From NCBI GenBank assembly GCA_014237605.1, contig JAAZZR010000001.1, positions 8,156-72,155 on the forward strand: a stretch of 64,000 bases of DNA. Reading direction: 5' to 3'. The stretch comes from Nitrosomonadaceae bacterium. GTDB lineage: Bacteria; Pseudomonadota; Gammaproteobacteria; Burkholderiales; Nitrosomonadaceae. Shown here piece after piece: positions 44,493 to 53,756 of the stretch. The first letter of the stretch is position 1. Each line of letters starts with the position of its first letter. The translations under genes were made by a program, and so were the position numbers. The notes below the pieces were generated by a model that was not told the DNA's origin, made no database searches, and saw only the letters and a program-made list of their open reading frames with translations.

Positions 44493-44532
44493 CTGTAAAC
44501 AAGCCATGCATAATAGTATGGCTTGTTTACAG
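44493..44532. terminator. 15-bp perfect hairpin between convergent gatB and the H1-like gene (bidirectional terminator candidate)
   Basis: CTGTAAACAAGCCAT-gcataatagt-ATGGCTTGTTTACAG, read directly from the sequence. Confidence 0.6.
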
Positions 44533-44556
44533 TAATGGCCTTGTTGGTATTACTTC

Positions 44557-44835
44557 TTAGGGGCGCTTGCCCGAAAGCGGGAACGGCCAGGGAGCTGAAC
44601 CAGATGCTATTGGAGCAGGCTTTACTGCTGGTTTTTTCTTAGCCACTACTTTCTTTTTAGCCACTGGTTTTTTCTTAGCCACTACTTTCTTTTTAGCCAC
44701 TACTTTCTTTTTAGCGGCTACTTTCTTTTTAGCTGCTGGTTTCTTCTTAGCGACTACTTTCTTTTTAGCCACTAGTTTTTTCTTAACTGCTATTGGTTTC
44801 TTTTTAGCTGCTGGTTTTTTCTTGGTAGTTGCCAT
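44557..44835 (-). CDS. Lys/Ala-rich histone H1-like nucleoid protein
   Basis: MATTKKKPAAKKKPIAVKKKLVAKKKVVAKKK... built of AKKK(V/P)(V/A) hexapeptides, ending in the non-repeat tail PAPIASGSAPWPFPLSGKRP. ATG 44835 is preceded by a GGAGG RBS 5 nt upstream. The track start TTG 44847 is less likely. Confidence 0.75.
   Translation of the reverse strand: MATTKKKPAAKKKPIAVKKKLVAKKKVVAKKKPAAKKKVAAKKKVVAKKKVVAKKKPVAKKKVVAKKKPAVKPAPIASGSAPWPFPLSGKRP
44627..44825. repeat. Degenerate 18-bp tandem repeats (about 11 units) forming most of the H1-like gene
   Basis: Repeated TTAGCCACTACTTTCTTT-like units on the plus strand. Confidence 0.8.
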
Positions 44836-45217
44836 CTCAACCTCCAAATTAAAATTACAAAATTATAACTTGTTACGCCTACTACTCCCATACCACATGC
44901 CCAATTATAGAGTAACTAATAATTATTAGATATTTCTTTCCTTAAATTGTGCGGCAGCATTTTTAATAAAGCATAGCTTTTTGAGCCTTGCTAACAAGAT
45001 ATTCATGGGCACATTCGAGCATAAATTAATGCAAACTTCCCATGACACCATTTTATTTTTTATATCAATATTATTTTCTTAAATGTCTTTATATTTTTCG
45101 TATAATATATTTCTAATATAATATAAATTTATTATTCTTTTATCAAGGCGTGGTTGCTGGCTGCAATCATTATTAGTATAAAAGATATAATCTGAATTAT
45201 CGTTTGATCTTTTTTTT

Positions 45218-46375
45218 CTAGTCCCAGTTAAGGGCGCCACCAGTTTGATATTCAGTAACTCTGGTTTCGAAAAAGTTTTTTTCCTTATTTAGATCCATCA
45301 TTTCAGACATCCATGGGAATGGATTATTGGCTCCTGGATAAATAATATCTAGGCCAATCTGCTGACATCTGCGATTGGTAATAAAGCGCAAGTACTCTTT
45401 AAACATTGGTGCATTCATACCTAAAACACCACGTGGCATTGTGTCTTCAGCATAGCGGTATTCTAGTTCTACGCCTTTCTGCATAATAATTCTAATTTCG
45501 TCACGAAATTCTTTTGTCCAAAGATGTGGGTTTTCCATCTTTATTTGATTAATCACATCAATACCGAAATTACAGTGCATAGATTCATCACGTAAAATAT
45601 ATTGATACTGTTCCGCTGAGCCAGTCATCTTATTTTGCCTTCCTAAGGCTAGAATTTGAGTAAAGCCAACGTAGAAGAACAAACCCTCCATGATGCAGGC
45701 AAATACGATTAAGCTTTTTAATAACTGCTGGTCAGATTCTGGTGTGCCAGTTTCAAATTGTGGGTCAGTAAGTGTATCAATGAATGGAATAAGAAACTCA
45801 TCTTTATCACGGATTGACTTTATTTCATGGTAGGCATTAAAAATCTCACCCTCATCTAATCCAAGGGACTCGGTAATATACTGATATGCATGTGTATGAA
45901 TTGCTTCTTCAAAAGCCTGGCGTAACAGGTACTGACGGCATTCCGGGTTAGTGATATGACGATAAGTCCCAAGTACAATATTATTAGCTGCTAAAGAATC
46001 AGCAGTAACAAAAAATCCAAGATTACGTTTGACTAAACGGCGCTCATCTTCAGTTAATCCATTAGGATCTTTCCAAAGAGAAATATCGCGACTCATGTTA
46101 ACTTCTTGGGGCATCCAGTGATTAGCGCAGGCTGCAAGATATTTTTCCCAGGCCCATTTATATTTGAATGGCACGAGCTGATTTACATCTGACTGGCAGT
46201 TAATGATTTTTTTGTCTTCTACGGCGACACGACGATGGGAGGCGTTATCTACAGGCTGTTCACTACTTGCATTAGTTGCTGAGCTAACAATTCTCAAATT
46301 CTGATCAGTGTTTGTTAACACTCCCTCACGTATTGGTTGTTCCGGTTGTGAGTTTTTATCTTCAAATGTCAGCAT
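45218..46375 (-). CDS. nrdB: Class Ia ribonucleotide reductase beta subunit
   Basis: [18 protein letters not shown], diiron ligand motifs [10 protein letters not shown] and MEGLFFY, then RDESMH. The start was moved to ATG 46375 behind an AGGAG RBS, because the track start 46447 overlaps nrdA. Confidence 0.95.
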   Translation of the reverse strand: MLTFEDKNSQPEQPIREGVLTNTDQNLRIVSSATNASSEQPVDNASHRRVAVEDKKIINCQSDVNQLVPFKYKWAWEKYLAACANHWMPQEVNMSRDISLWKDPNGLTEDERRLVKRNLGFFVTADSLAANNIVLGTYRHITNPECRQYLLRQAFEEAIHTHAYQYITESLGLDEGEIFNAYHEIKSIRDKDEFLIPFIDTLTDPQFETGTPESDQQLLKSLIVFACIMEGLFFYVGFTQILALGRQNKMTGSAEQYQYILRDESMHCNFGIDVINQIKMENPHLWTKEFRDEIRIIMQKGVELEYRYAEDTMPRGVLGMNAPMFKEYLRFITNRRCQQIGLDIIYPGANNPFPWMSEMMDLNKEKNFFETRVTEYQTGGALNWD

Positions 46376-46409
46376 ATTTTTTCTCCTTTTATCCCTTATA
46401 TAATATTCA

Positions 46410-49274
46410 TTACTGGCAAGACTCACATTCCTCGTCATCAATTGCACAATATTTCAGGTCGGCCGCGACTGGTTCTGCACTCATTGCAGTTATCCCTCCA
46501 TCTGCTGGCACTGCATTTAAGGCTCCTGTTTTGACTGTAGATTTTTCAGCTGATGTTGCACCTAGTGTACGAAGATAGTAGGTGGTCTTTAGACCACGTA
46601 GCCAAGCGAGTTTATAGGTTTCATCCAGCTTCTTTCCTGAAACTCCTGCCATATATATATTGAGTGACTGTGCCTGATCAATCCATTTCTGTCGTCTTGC
46701 CGCAGATTCAATTAACCACTGTGGATCGATCTCAAAAGCAGTAGCATAAAGTTCACGAATATCAGCTGGCACCCGGTCTATTTTGCTTAAAGCCCCATCA
46801 AAATATTTAAGATCTGCGATCATTACTTCGTCCCAAAGGCCAAGTTTTTTTAGGTCCCCTACTAAGGATCTATTGGCGATGGTGAATTCCCCTGATAAAT
46901 TAGATTTTACATAGAGGTTTTGGTATGTCGGTTCGATACTGGCAGACACGCCAATAATATTAGAAATAGTTGCAGTCGGCGCAATTGCTAAACAGTTGGA
47001 GTTGCGCATACCATATTTTTTTATACGTTTTCGTAGTTCACCCCACTCTAACGTAGATGAGTTGTCTATTTCCACATAGCCCCCACGTTCTTCTTTTAAA
47101 ACCTCAAGAGAGTCTTGTGGCAGAATTCCTCGGTCCCATAGACTCCCTTGATAGGAAGTATATGGCCCACGTTTTTCAGCCATTTCTGTAGAGGTCCAGT
47201 AGGCATAGTAAGCTACTGCTTCCATAGAGCGGTCAGCAAACTCTACTGCTTCGTCAGAAGCGTAGGGAATTTTTAACATGTGCAGACAGTCTTGAAAGCC
47301 CATGACACCCAATCCTACCGGACGATGCTTGAGATTAGAATTGCGTGCTTTTTCAACAGGGTAAAAATTTATATCAATTACATTATCCAGCATACGCATC
47401 GCTGTACGGATGGTTTGTTGGAGCTTATGCATGTTTAGCTTTCCGTCTTTGATATGCGCCACTAAATTGACAGACCCCAGATTACATACAGCTATTTCTT
47501 GATCATTCGTATTTAAGGTAATTTCGGTGCAAAGATTAGAACTATGCACGATACCCACATGATTCTGAGGCGATCGGATATTGCATGGGTCTTTGAAAGT
47601 AATCCATGGATGCCCAGTTTCGAATAACATGCTTAGCATCTTGCGCCACAATTGTGTTGCAGGTATTTTTTTATACAGACCAAATTCGCCGCGTTTGATT
47701 TGCTCCTCATAAGCAAGGTAAGATTTTTCAAATTCTTTACCAAATTTCTCATGAAGATCGGGCACGTCTGAAGGTGAGAATAAGGTCCATTCACCGCCTT
47801 CCATTACTCGTTTCATGAATAAATCAGGAATCCAGTTTGCCGTGTTCATGTCATGAGCTCGGCGGCGGTCATCTCCAGTATTTTTACGTAGCTCAAGAAA
47901 CTCCTCTATATCTAGGTGCCATGATTCCAAATAAGAGCAAACAGCTCCTTTGCGCTTGCCACCCTGATTCACTGCTACTGCAGTATCAGAGACAACTTTT
48001 AGAAATGGCACCACCCCTTGCGATTTTCCGTTAGTTCCTTTGATATAAGAACCCATTCCCCGTACAGGAGTCCAGTCATTTCCTAATCCTCCAGCATATT
48101 TAGCAAGCAGGGCATTTTCTTTAATTGATTCAAAGATGCCATTAAGATGATCCGGTACCGTTGAGAGATAGCATGAAGATAGCTGAGAGCGACGGGTACC
48201 CGAATTAAATAAGGTTGGCGTTGAGCTCATAAAATCAAAATTAGACAGAATATGATAAAACTCAATGGCCCTTTCCTCTCGGTCATCTTCATTAATTGAT
48301 AGCCCCATTGCCACGCGCATAAAGAATGCCTGTGGTAGCTCAATGCGTTGATTCTGCACATGTAAGAAATAGCGATCATATAAGGTTTGCAGACCAAGAT
48401 AATCAAATTTAAGGTCACAGGAAGCATCTAGCGCTTTCGCCAAACGTGGGATATCAAACTCTGCGAGACGTTTATCTAGCAACTCAGCATCAATGCCGCG
48501 CTTAATGAAACTAGGGAAATAATCTGAATAACGGGATGTCATCTCTTGCTGAGCTACTTCTTCTCCCAGCACCTCTAGGCGAATACTGTGTAATAAAAGT
48601 CTTGCAGTTACATAGCGGTAAGCCGGTTCTTTTTCGATTAAGGACCTAGCTGAAAGAATAATTGACTTTCTTACCTCTTCTACCGGCACCCCATCGTACA
48701 GATCTTTTAATGAGGAATTTAATACCAGTTCGCTACTTACTGTATCTCCGAGATCTATGCATGCAGCTTCAATTAATGCGAGCAGTAGCTTCTTGTCTAA
48801 TGGAATTTTTTGACCATCTTCTAGCATATGCAGGGCACTATCTGACGTGTCTGCCGTAGCGTTTTCTTTTTGTTTTTCTCGTTCACGTGTCCGGTCTTCA
48901 CGGTACAGCACATAAGCGCGCGCCACGTCATGCTCACCAGAACGCATTAGAGCAAGTTCTACTTGATCTTGAATATCTTCTATATGAAAAGTTCCACTTA
49001 CAGGTTGATGACGTATTAATGCGCTAACCACATTGCCTGTAAGGTGGACTACAGTTTCTCTTACTTTCGCAGATACGGTGTTCTGACCGTCATTAACAGC
49101 AATAAATGCCTTAGTTAGAGCAATCGAAATTTTATTCGGTGTGAATGCAACTACTGAACCATTGCGACGAATAATTTTGTACTGGGAGTAATGTGAATCT
49201 TGGTAAGGAGAGGCAGAGGAGGAGTCGTAACCAGACGCTACTGTGGAGCTAGTATTTTCTGTTGCAAGTTGCAT
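46410..49274 (-). CDS. nrdA: Class Ia ribonucleotide reductase alpha subunit with N-terminal ATP-cone
   Basis: 954-aa ORF. ATP-cone [17 protein letters not shown], active-site SNLCTEI, C-terminal redox pair CESCQ. Confidence 0.96.
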   Translation of the reverse strand: MQLATENTSSTVASGYDSSSASPYQDSHYSQYKIIRRNGSVVAFTPNKISIALTKAFIAVNDGQNTVSAKVRETVVHLTGNVVSALIRHQPVSGTFHIEDIQDQVELALMRSGEHDVARAYVLYREDRTREREKQKENATADTSDSALHMLEDGQKIPLDKKLLLALIEAACIDLGDTVSSELVLNSSLKDLYDGVPVEEVRKSIILSARSLIEKEPAYRYVTARLLLHSIRLEVLGEEVAQQEMTSRYSDYFPSFIKRGIDAELLDKRLAEFDIPRLAKALDASCDLKFDYLGLQTLYDRYFLHVQNQRIELPQAFFMRVAMGLSINEDDREERAIEFYHILSNFDFMSSTPTLFNSGTRRSQLSSCYLSTVPDHLNGIFESIKENALLAKYAGGLGNDWTPVRGMGSYIKGTNGKSQGVVPFLKVVSDTAVAVNQGGKRKGAVCSYLESWHLDIEEFLELRKNTGDDRRRAHDMNTANWIPDLFMKRVMEGGEWTLFSPSDVPDLHEKFGKEFEKSYLAYEEQIKRGEFGLYKKIPATQLWRKMLSMLFETGHPWITFKDPCNIRSPQNHVGIVHSSNLCTEITLNTNDQEIAVCNLGSVNLVAHIKDGKLNMHKLQQTIRTAMRMLDNVIDINFYPVEKARNSNLKHRPVGLGVMGFQDCLHMLKIPYASDEAVEFADRSMEAVAYYAYWTSTEMAEKRGPYTSYQGSLWDRGILPQDSLEVLKEERGGYVEIDNSSTLEWGELRKRIKKYGMRNSNCLAIAPTATISNIIGVSASIEPTYQNLYVKSNLSGEFTIANRSLVGDLKKLGLWDEVMIADLKYFDGALSKIDRVPADIRELYATAFEIDPQWLIESAARRQKWIDQAQSLNIYMAGVSGKKLDETYKLAWLRGLKTTYYLRTLGATSAEKSTVKTGALNAVPADGGITAMSAEPVAADLKYCAIDDEECESCQ

Positions 49275-49300
49275 AATTTGACTTCTCCCCTATTATTTTT

Positions 49301-49325
49301 ACGGGGGGAAATTGCAATTCCCCGT
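49301..49325 (-). other. GC-rich hairpin in the predicted nrdA 5' leader, just upstream of the RBS
   Basis: ACGGGG(gg)AA-attgcaa-TTCCCCGT on the plus strand. GGGGAGAAG RBS at about 49282-49290. Confidence 0.35.
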
Positions 49326-49345
49326 CAATTTAATCAGTTGTTTCT

Positions 49346-49387
49346 TTGACTTTACTAACCACTATATATAGTGGTTAGTAAAGTCAA
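49346..49387. promoter_or_regulatory. 42-bp perfect palindrome whose centre (49359-49374, CCACTATATATAGTGG) is an NrdR box. It overlaps a sigma70-like promoter for nrdA (TTGACT-N15-TATAGT on the minus strand).
   Basis: TTGACTTTACTAACCACTATA|TATAGTGGTTAGTAAAGTCAA has 21/21 complementary arms. The centre matches the NrdR-box consensus acaCwAtATaTwGtgt. It lies 72-113 nt upstream of the nrdA ATG. Confidence 0.7.
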
Positions 49388-49390
49388 CCA

Positions 49391-49406
49391 GAACTAACTA
49401 TAGTTG
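49391..49406. promoter_or_regulatory. Second, weaker NrdR-box candidate GAACTAACTATAGTTG
   Basis: About 11 of 16 positions match the consensus (core CTA..TATAG). Centre-to-centre distance to box 1 is 32 bp, about three helical turns and the typical tandem-box spacing. Confidence 0.45.
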
Positions 49407-49441
49407 ATTTTCTAATTCCAGTTGATTTTCTAATTCTAGTT
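49402..49441. repeat. 18-bp direct tandem repeat AGTTGATTTTCTAATTC(C/T) x2, plus a partial third copy
   Basis: Read directly from the sequence. It overlaps the second NrdR-box candidate, upstream of the nrdA promoter. Confidence 0.85.
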
Positions 49442-49551
49442 AGTTGAAAAAAAATTGCAAGCGTTTCTTGTAATAATATTTCAAAAATAAAATTGATACG
49501 GATGTAACTTAACCAAGAGTTAATTAAGTCAGGGAGAGGTGTGTTGGTTAT

Positions 49552-49577
49552 CAGATATATTCTTCAGAATATATCTG
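49552..49577. repeat. 26-bp palindrome CAGATATATTCT-tc-AGAATATATCTG
   Basis: 12/12 complementary arms. It lies about 280-300 nt upstream of nrdA and about 150 nt downstream of the EF-hand gene. Confidence 0.85.
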
Positions 49578-49640
49578 GCAAATGGTCCTTGGTATGCGGG
49601 GGAGAATAAGAGGTTTTGTAAGGGCATTTACATTAAATTT

Positions 49641-49667
49641 GGCCTGCTGATTATGAACCAGCAGGCC
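49641..49667 (-). terminator. 9-bp GC-rich hairpin downstream of the EF-hand gene (terminator candidate)
   Basis: GGCCTGCTG-attatgaac-CAGCAGGCC. On the minus strand it is followed by AAATTTAATG, a poor U-tract. Confidence 0.45.
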
Positions 49668-49722
49668 TGCCAACTAAACTATTAATCTAAGTACAGATAT
49701 TAATTTTTCTGCTACATTATTT

Positions 49723-50097
49723 TTAATGGCCGGGGGCCGGCTTTGACTTGCTTCTAGATACATAGCCATCGGCTTCATTTTTGTCAACGGAGCCATCATG
49801 ATTAGCATCTACTTTATCAAATATGGCCTCATTATATTTGAGAAACTCCTCCTTAGTGACTTTGGCATCTTTATTTGTGTCCATTAATGACATCCCATAT
49901 CCACCACCACCTGATTTTGCCCCTTTAGATTTATCCGCCTCTGCTAAATCAGCATAGGCAAGCATGACTCCTTTCGTGTTTTTAGGTTGTGAGGTAAAAA
50001 TAATACCGTCAGCTGCAAAGCTTAGTGAAGCACTGCTCAGTGCTATTGCAAAAATAGGACTCAAGGTAATATAGGTGATAGTTCTTTTGTTGCACAT
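49723..50097 (-). CDS. Secreted EF-hand calcium-binding protein
   Basis: Signal peptide ...SLSFA-AD. Two canonical 12-residue EF loops: DTNKDAKVTKEE and DANHDGSVDKNE. Confidence 0.75.
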   Translation of the reverse strand: MCNKRTITYITLSPIFAIALSSASLSFAADGIIFTSQPKNTKGVMLAYADLAEADKSKGAKSGGGGYGMSLMDTNKDAKVTKEEFLKYNEAIFDKVDANHDGSVDKNEADGYVSRSKSKPAPGH

Positions 50098-50196
50098 AAT
50101 GTTCTCCTACAGACAGGTATGAAATAGAAACTATAACTCATGAATGTAATATCGGGTTGATGTAAATTCTATTGTGTCAGCATCCTTGCGGCTTTA

Positions 50197-50436
50197 CTAG
50201 CCTTTCAATACAGACATTGGCGCGCCAAAATTGATATGGAAGGGCGCACCGTCAATTACTATTGCCGGGACTGATTTAACTCCAGCCGCCTCAGCTGCTT
50301 CAATCTCTTTTTTTTGTTCACCTAGATGCACGATTTTTACATCGTAGCGGGCAGAGTCTAGGGCCTCAGCTACTTGATGTTCTGCTTCAATACATACAGG
50401 GCACCCAGCATGATAAAAAATAGCAGATGTTTTCAT
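50197..50436 (-). CDS. Small thioredoxin-fold / glutaredoxin-like protein with a CPVC redox motif
   Basis: 79 aa. MKTSAIFYHAGCPVCIEAEH at the N-terminus, cis-Pro region GVKSVPAIVIDG. GGGGA RBS. Confidence 0.7.
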   Translation of the reverse strand: MKTSAIFYHAGCPVCIEAEHQVAEALDSARYDVKIVHLGEQKKEIEAAEAAGVKSVPAIVIDGAPFHINFGAPMSVLKG

Positions 50437-50615
50437 AGACGGTCCCCGAAAAAATTAAAATAAATGGATGGGCTCACATTCTCAATAAACAACTTAGATG
50501 TGACGCAGCGATACTGTAATTATAATCGATACCACTATAGATATACCTAATTTAGAAATGAATATAGGGTGATATTTTAATTATTTTAATAAATAAGTTA
50601 ATTTTAAATATGAAA

Positions 50616-51782
50616 TTATACTGCTCTTAAAGAGTCCACAATACTAAGATGGGCGGCCTTTACTGCAGGAAGGAAACCTCCAATCAATCCCATAATTAAG
50701 GCAAATACAAGTGACTTTATTATGATTGAAGAGTTTAATGTAAAACCAAAAGCGAGCTCAGAGAATGATTGCCAATTCATTGTTGAAATAGTAAAGAATT
50801 GCATGAATGATGCCAGTACTAGGCCGATTACCCCACCCATTGCCCCAAGAATTAATGATTCCGTTAAAAAAGCGGACAGAATATTATTTCTACGAAATCC
50901 GAGCGCACGTAATGTTCCTATTTCCATTATGCGGTTGGCAACTGAAGCATACATAGTAATCATTGCTCCTATAATCGCCCCAACAGAAAAGAACCCTGAT
51001 AATGCTACTCCTAAATAACGGATAAAGTTTGATAGTACTTGTGATTGCTCGGCATAGAAAATACTTTCCTTTTTAGCCCCAAGAGTAAGTCTAGGATCGC
51101 CTTCAATACGTGCCTTAAGGGCTTGAAATTTTGTTGGGTCATTCATCTTAAGTATAATTGAGGAATAAATTGGCCTACGAAATGCCTGCATTAATTGATC
51201 CACATCCCCCCAAATTTCTGAATCGAAACCTGTGTTGCCTGCATCAAAAATACCGACTACCGTCCACTCACGCTTACCAAAATACAACTTCTCACCGATC
51301 CCCGCGCCATTGTATCGATCTGCAATACTTTTGCCTGCAATTATTTCTGATAGACCTGGTTTGAGCATACGCCCACTAACAATTTTTACTTGTGGACGCA
51401 GTAGAATCCCAGTTTTTCCGACTCCACGGATTAATACATTTGAAGATTTATCAGAACCCCTGCGAATAAGAGAAATTAACACAACAGATTCTTTTGAAGT
51501 TAACCGTACATTATTAATGCCATATGCCACCTCTGGTTGACTTTCAACAATAGCCGCTTGATCACGACTTATGACACTTTGTATCTCAGTTTCAGCAGAT
51601 CGGCGTGTAACTACAACATTATCAGGCGACCCTGTTTCAACTAAAGTTTTTCTAAGGCCCTCCTCCAGCATTAGTACTGTAGCAAATACAAATACTACTA
51701 ACGCCATGCCGCCGGCAGTAAGTAGTGTAGTAAGTTTACGTGTTATTAAATTACGAATTATGTATGAGAATGGAATGGCCAT
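50616..51782 (-). CDS. ABC transporter permease, FtsX/MacB-type (4 TM plus a large periplasmic domain)
   Basis: 388 aa. N-terminal TM, periplasmic domain of about 220 aa, C-terminal FtsX-like 3-TM bundle (EIGTLRALGFRRNNI). Confidence 0.85.
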   Translation of the reverse strand: MAIPFSYIIRNLITRKLTTLLTAGGMALVVFVFATVLMLEEGLRKTLVETGSPDNVVVTRRSAETEIQSVISRDQAAIVESQPEVAYGINNVRLTSKESVVLISLIRRGSDKSSNVLIRGVGKTGILLRPQVKIVSGRMLKPGLSEIIAGKSIADRYNGAGIGEKLYFGKREWTVVGIFDAGNTGFDSEIWGDVDQLMQAFRRPIYSSIILKMNDPTKFQALKARIEGDPRLTLGAKKESIFYAEQSQVLSNFIRYLGVALSGFFSVGAIIGAMITMYASVANRIMEIGTLRALGFRRNNILSAFLTESLILGAMGGVIGLVLASFMQFFTISTMNWQSFSELAFGFTLNSSIIIKSLVFALIMGLIGGFLPAVKAAHLSIVDSLRAV

Positions 51783-51802
51783 ATTTTATATTCACAGAAC
51801 TT

Positions 51803-52969
51803 TTATCCTATGCTTCTTAAGCCCTCTACAATCGGGACTTGTGCTGAGCGAAATGCCGGAATGACTGCTGCTGTAATGCCAATCAAAAGTGCAGCAATAG
51901 CTTGCATGTAAATTGTTTCTAGTGATACGCCAAATACAGGAAAAAGTGTCCCAACCTTTGCACTAAACATGGCGGCAACGGGGAAAGTTAATAGGATGCC
52001 AATTAATGTGCCTAAAAATGCAATGATCATAGATTCGCCATAAATCAATCCTGAGATAAAGTGATGGCTAAATCCTAGTGCTTTTAAAGTAGCATATTCA
52101 CTTGTTCGCTCACGTGCTGTCATTGCCATAGTGTTAGCCATAACAGCAAGGATAATTAAGATAACTACATATGAAACAATTCGAATCGCCACCACTATTG
52201 CCTCGGTCATAGAAACGAACCCTAGCTGAAAAGCTTTTTCTGTTTCTGTACGAGTTTCTGCAAGTGAATTTTTAAACAACTTATCAACTTCACCTGATAT
52301 TTCAGATGCTCTGCTTGGCTCTGAGATATTGATAGCATATACACCCACCCAATCAGTAGTACGAGCTGAGCGGGCGATTACTCTTTTTCTCGATTCATTT
52401 AGATAGTCCCAATGGAAAAAAAACTGAGAGGTATCCGTTTTTGCTTCGGCACCATCATAGATGGCACGCACATTAAATTTCCATGTGCCGGGATAGATGG
52501 TGCCTCGTATGGGCACCGTATCTCCTATTTTCAAACCGTATACGTCCGCTAATTTACGCCCTATTACGCAACCTTTGCGGTCAGTTGTGAAGGCAGTTAG
52601 CTCTTTTGGTGGAATAATATATTCAGAGTAAACATCAAAGTATGTTTTGGCATCAATCGCGAATTGAGGGAAAAAATTCTTTTCGGTAATATAAACTCCC
52701 CCAAACCAACTGGCATGAGTAACCTCTGTAACTCCTCGGAGTTTTTTTATCCTGTCCTGATATTTGATGGGCAAATGGAATACTAGTGAGATAGCATTAC
52801 GTGTTACTAACCTTGTTTCCGAAGAGCCCTCGGCACCCGAATACCAAGCATCTACTACTGTTCGCAACAGTCCAAAAGCTACTATTGCTACTATAATTCC
52901 CAGAATCGTCAACCCAGTCCGCAACTTGTGACGTAAAGTATTACGAAGAATAAGTTTTAGAAAGTGCAT
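51803..52969 (-). CDS. ABC transporter permease, FtsX/MacB-type (second paralogue)
   Basis: 388 aa with the same architecture (ERTSEYATLKALGFSHHFI). Confidence 0.85.
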   Translation of the reverse strand: MHFLKLILRNTLRHKLRTGLTILGIIVAIVAFGLLRTVVDAWYSGAEGSSETRLVTRNAISLVFHLPIKYQDRIKKLRGVTEVTHASWFGGVYITEKNFFPQFAIDAKTYFDVYSEYIIPPKELTAFTTDRKGCVIGRKLADVYGLKIGDTVPIRGTIYPGTWKFNVRAIYDGAEAKTDTSQFFFHWDYLNESRKRVIARSARTTDWVGVYAINISEPSRASEISGEVDKLFKNSLAETRTETEKAFQLGFVSMTEAIVVAIRIVSYVVILIILAVMANTMAMTARERTSEYATLKALGFSHHFISGLIYGESMIIAFLGTLIGILLTFPVAAMFSAKVGTLFPVFGVSLETIYMQAIAALLIGITAAVIPAFRSAQVPIVEGLRSIG

Positions 52970-53044
52970 TTCTTGTAGAACATATGCAAGGAAGAAAAGC
53001 GCCGCCCCAGAATAAATAAAATAATAAATCTCATCTATATTGAA

Positions 53045-53737
53045 TTAATTTTCCACATCTAACTCCCCTTTTTCCAGATGCCGAATTAAATGGGCGGTTT
53101 TAGCGGCATGGGGATCATGTGTAACCATGATAATAGTCTTTTCCATTTCTTTATTTAGACGATCAAGTATAGCGAGAATCTCTTCTGCTGCTGTGCGGTC
53201 TAAGTCGCCTGTAGGCTCATCTGCAACTAATATCACCGGATCAGAAATAAAGGCGCGAGCAATCGCCACACGTTGCTGCTGTCCACCAGATAATTCAGAT
53301 GGATAATGCTCCATACGATCTGAAAGCCCGACCATTGCTAATGCTAGCTCCACACGTTCCTGCCGCTCTTTAAATGAAAGTGGTGTTAATAATAATGGTA
53401 GCTCCACATTCTCAAATGCTGTTAATACCGGCATCAAATTGTAGAACTGAAAAATAAAACCAATATTAGCCGCCCTCCAGTCAGCCAACTCCCCCTCAGA
53501 TAAAAGGGCAATATCCGTTCCTCCTACTTTCAATGTTCCGCTATCAGGCTTATCAATCCCTGCAATCAAATTGAGTAAAGTACTTTTACCAGAGCCAGAG
53601 GGCCCCATTAAAGCAATAAATTCTCCTGTGGGAATATCAAAAGTAATATCAGTTAATACAGGTACTGTTTGCTCACCTCGGTGATAAGATTTTGTGAGAT
53701 GTTTAATATGGACGATAGGTTCTGAAGAGTTTTCCAT
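53045..53737 (-). CDS. ABC transporter ATP-binding protein (MacB/LolD-like)
   Basis: Walker A GPSGSGKSTLLN, signature LSGGQQQRVAIARA, Walker B ILVADEPTGDLD. Confidence 0.93.
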   Translation of the reverse strand: MENSSEPIVHIKHLTKSYHRGEQTVPVLTDITFDIPTGEFIALMGPSGSGKSTLLNLIAGIDKPDSGTLKVGGTDIALLSEGELADWRAANIGFIFQFYNLMPVLTAFENVELPLLLTPLSFKERQERVELALAMVGLSDRMEHYPSELSGGQQQRVAIARAFISDPVILVADEPTGDLDRTAAEEILAILDRLNKEMEKTIIMVTHDPHAAKTAHLIRHLEKGELDVEN

Positions 53738-53756
53738 GTTACTAATTTGATTCCAT

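Noticed and set aside
44567-44929. 120-aa plus-strand ORF (GFFLATTFFLAT...) in the track
   Set aside because: It is the antisense reading of the Lys/Ala repeat gene. It has low-complexity Phe/Leu/Thr composition, no RBS and no plausible fold.
50532-50545. CCACTATAGATATA upstream of the CPVC thioredoxin-fold gene as a third NrdR box
   Set aside because: Only one half-site (CCACTATA) matches, and the other half is unrelated. This is insufficient for a dimeric NrdR operator.
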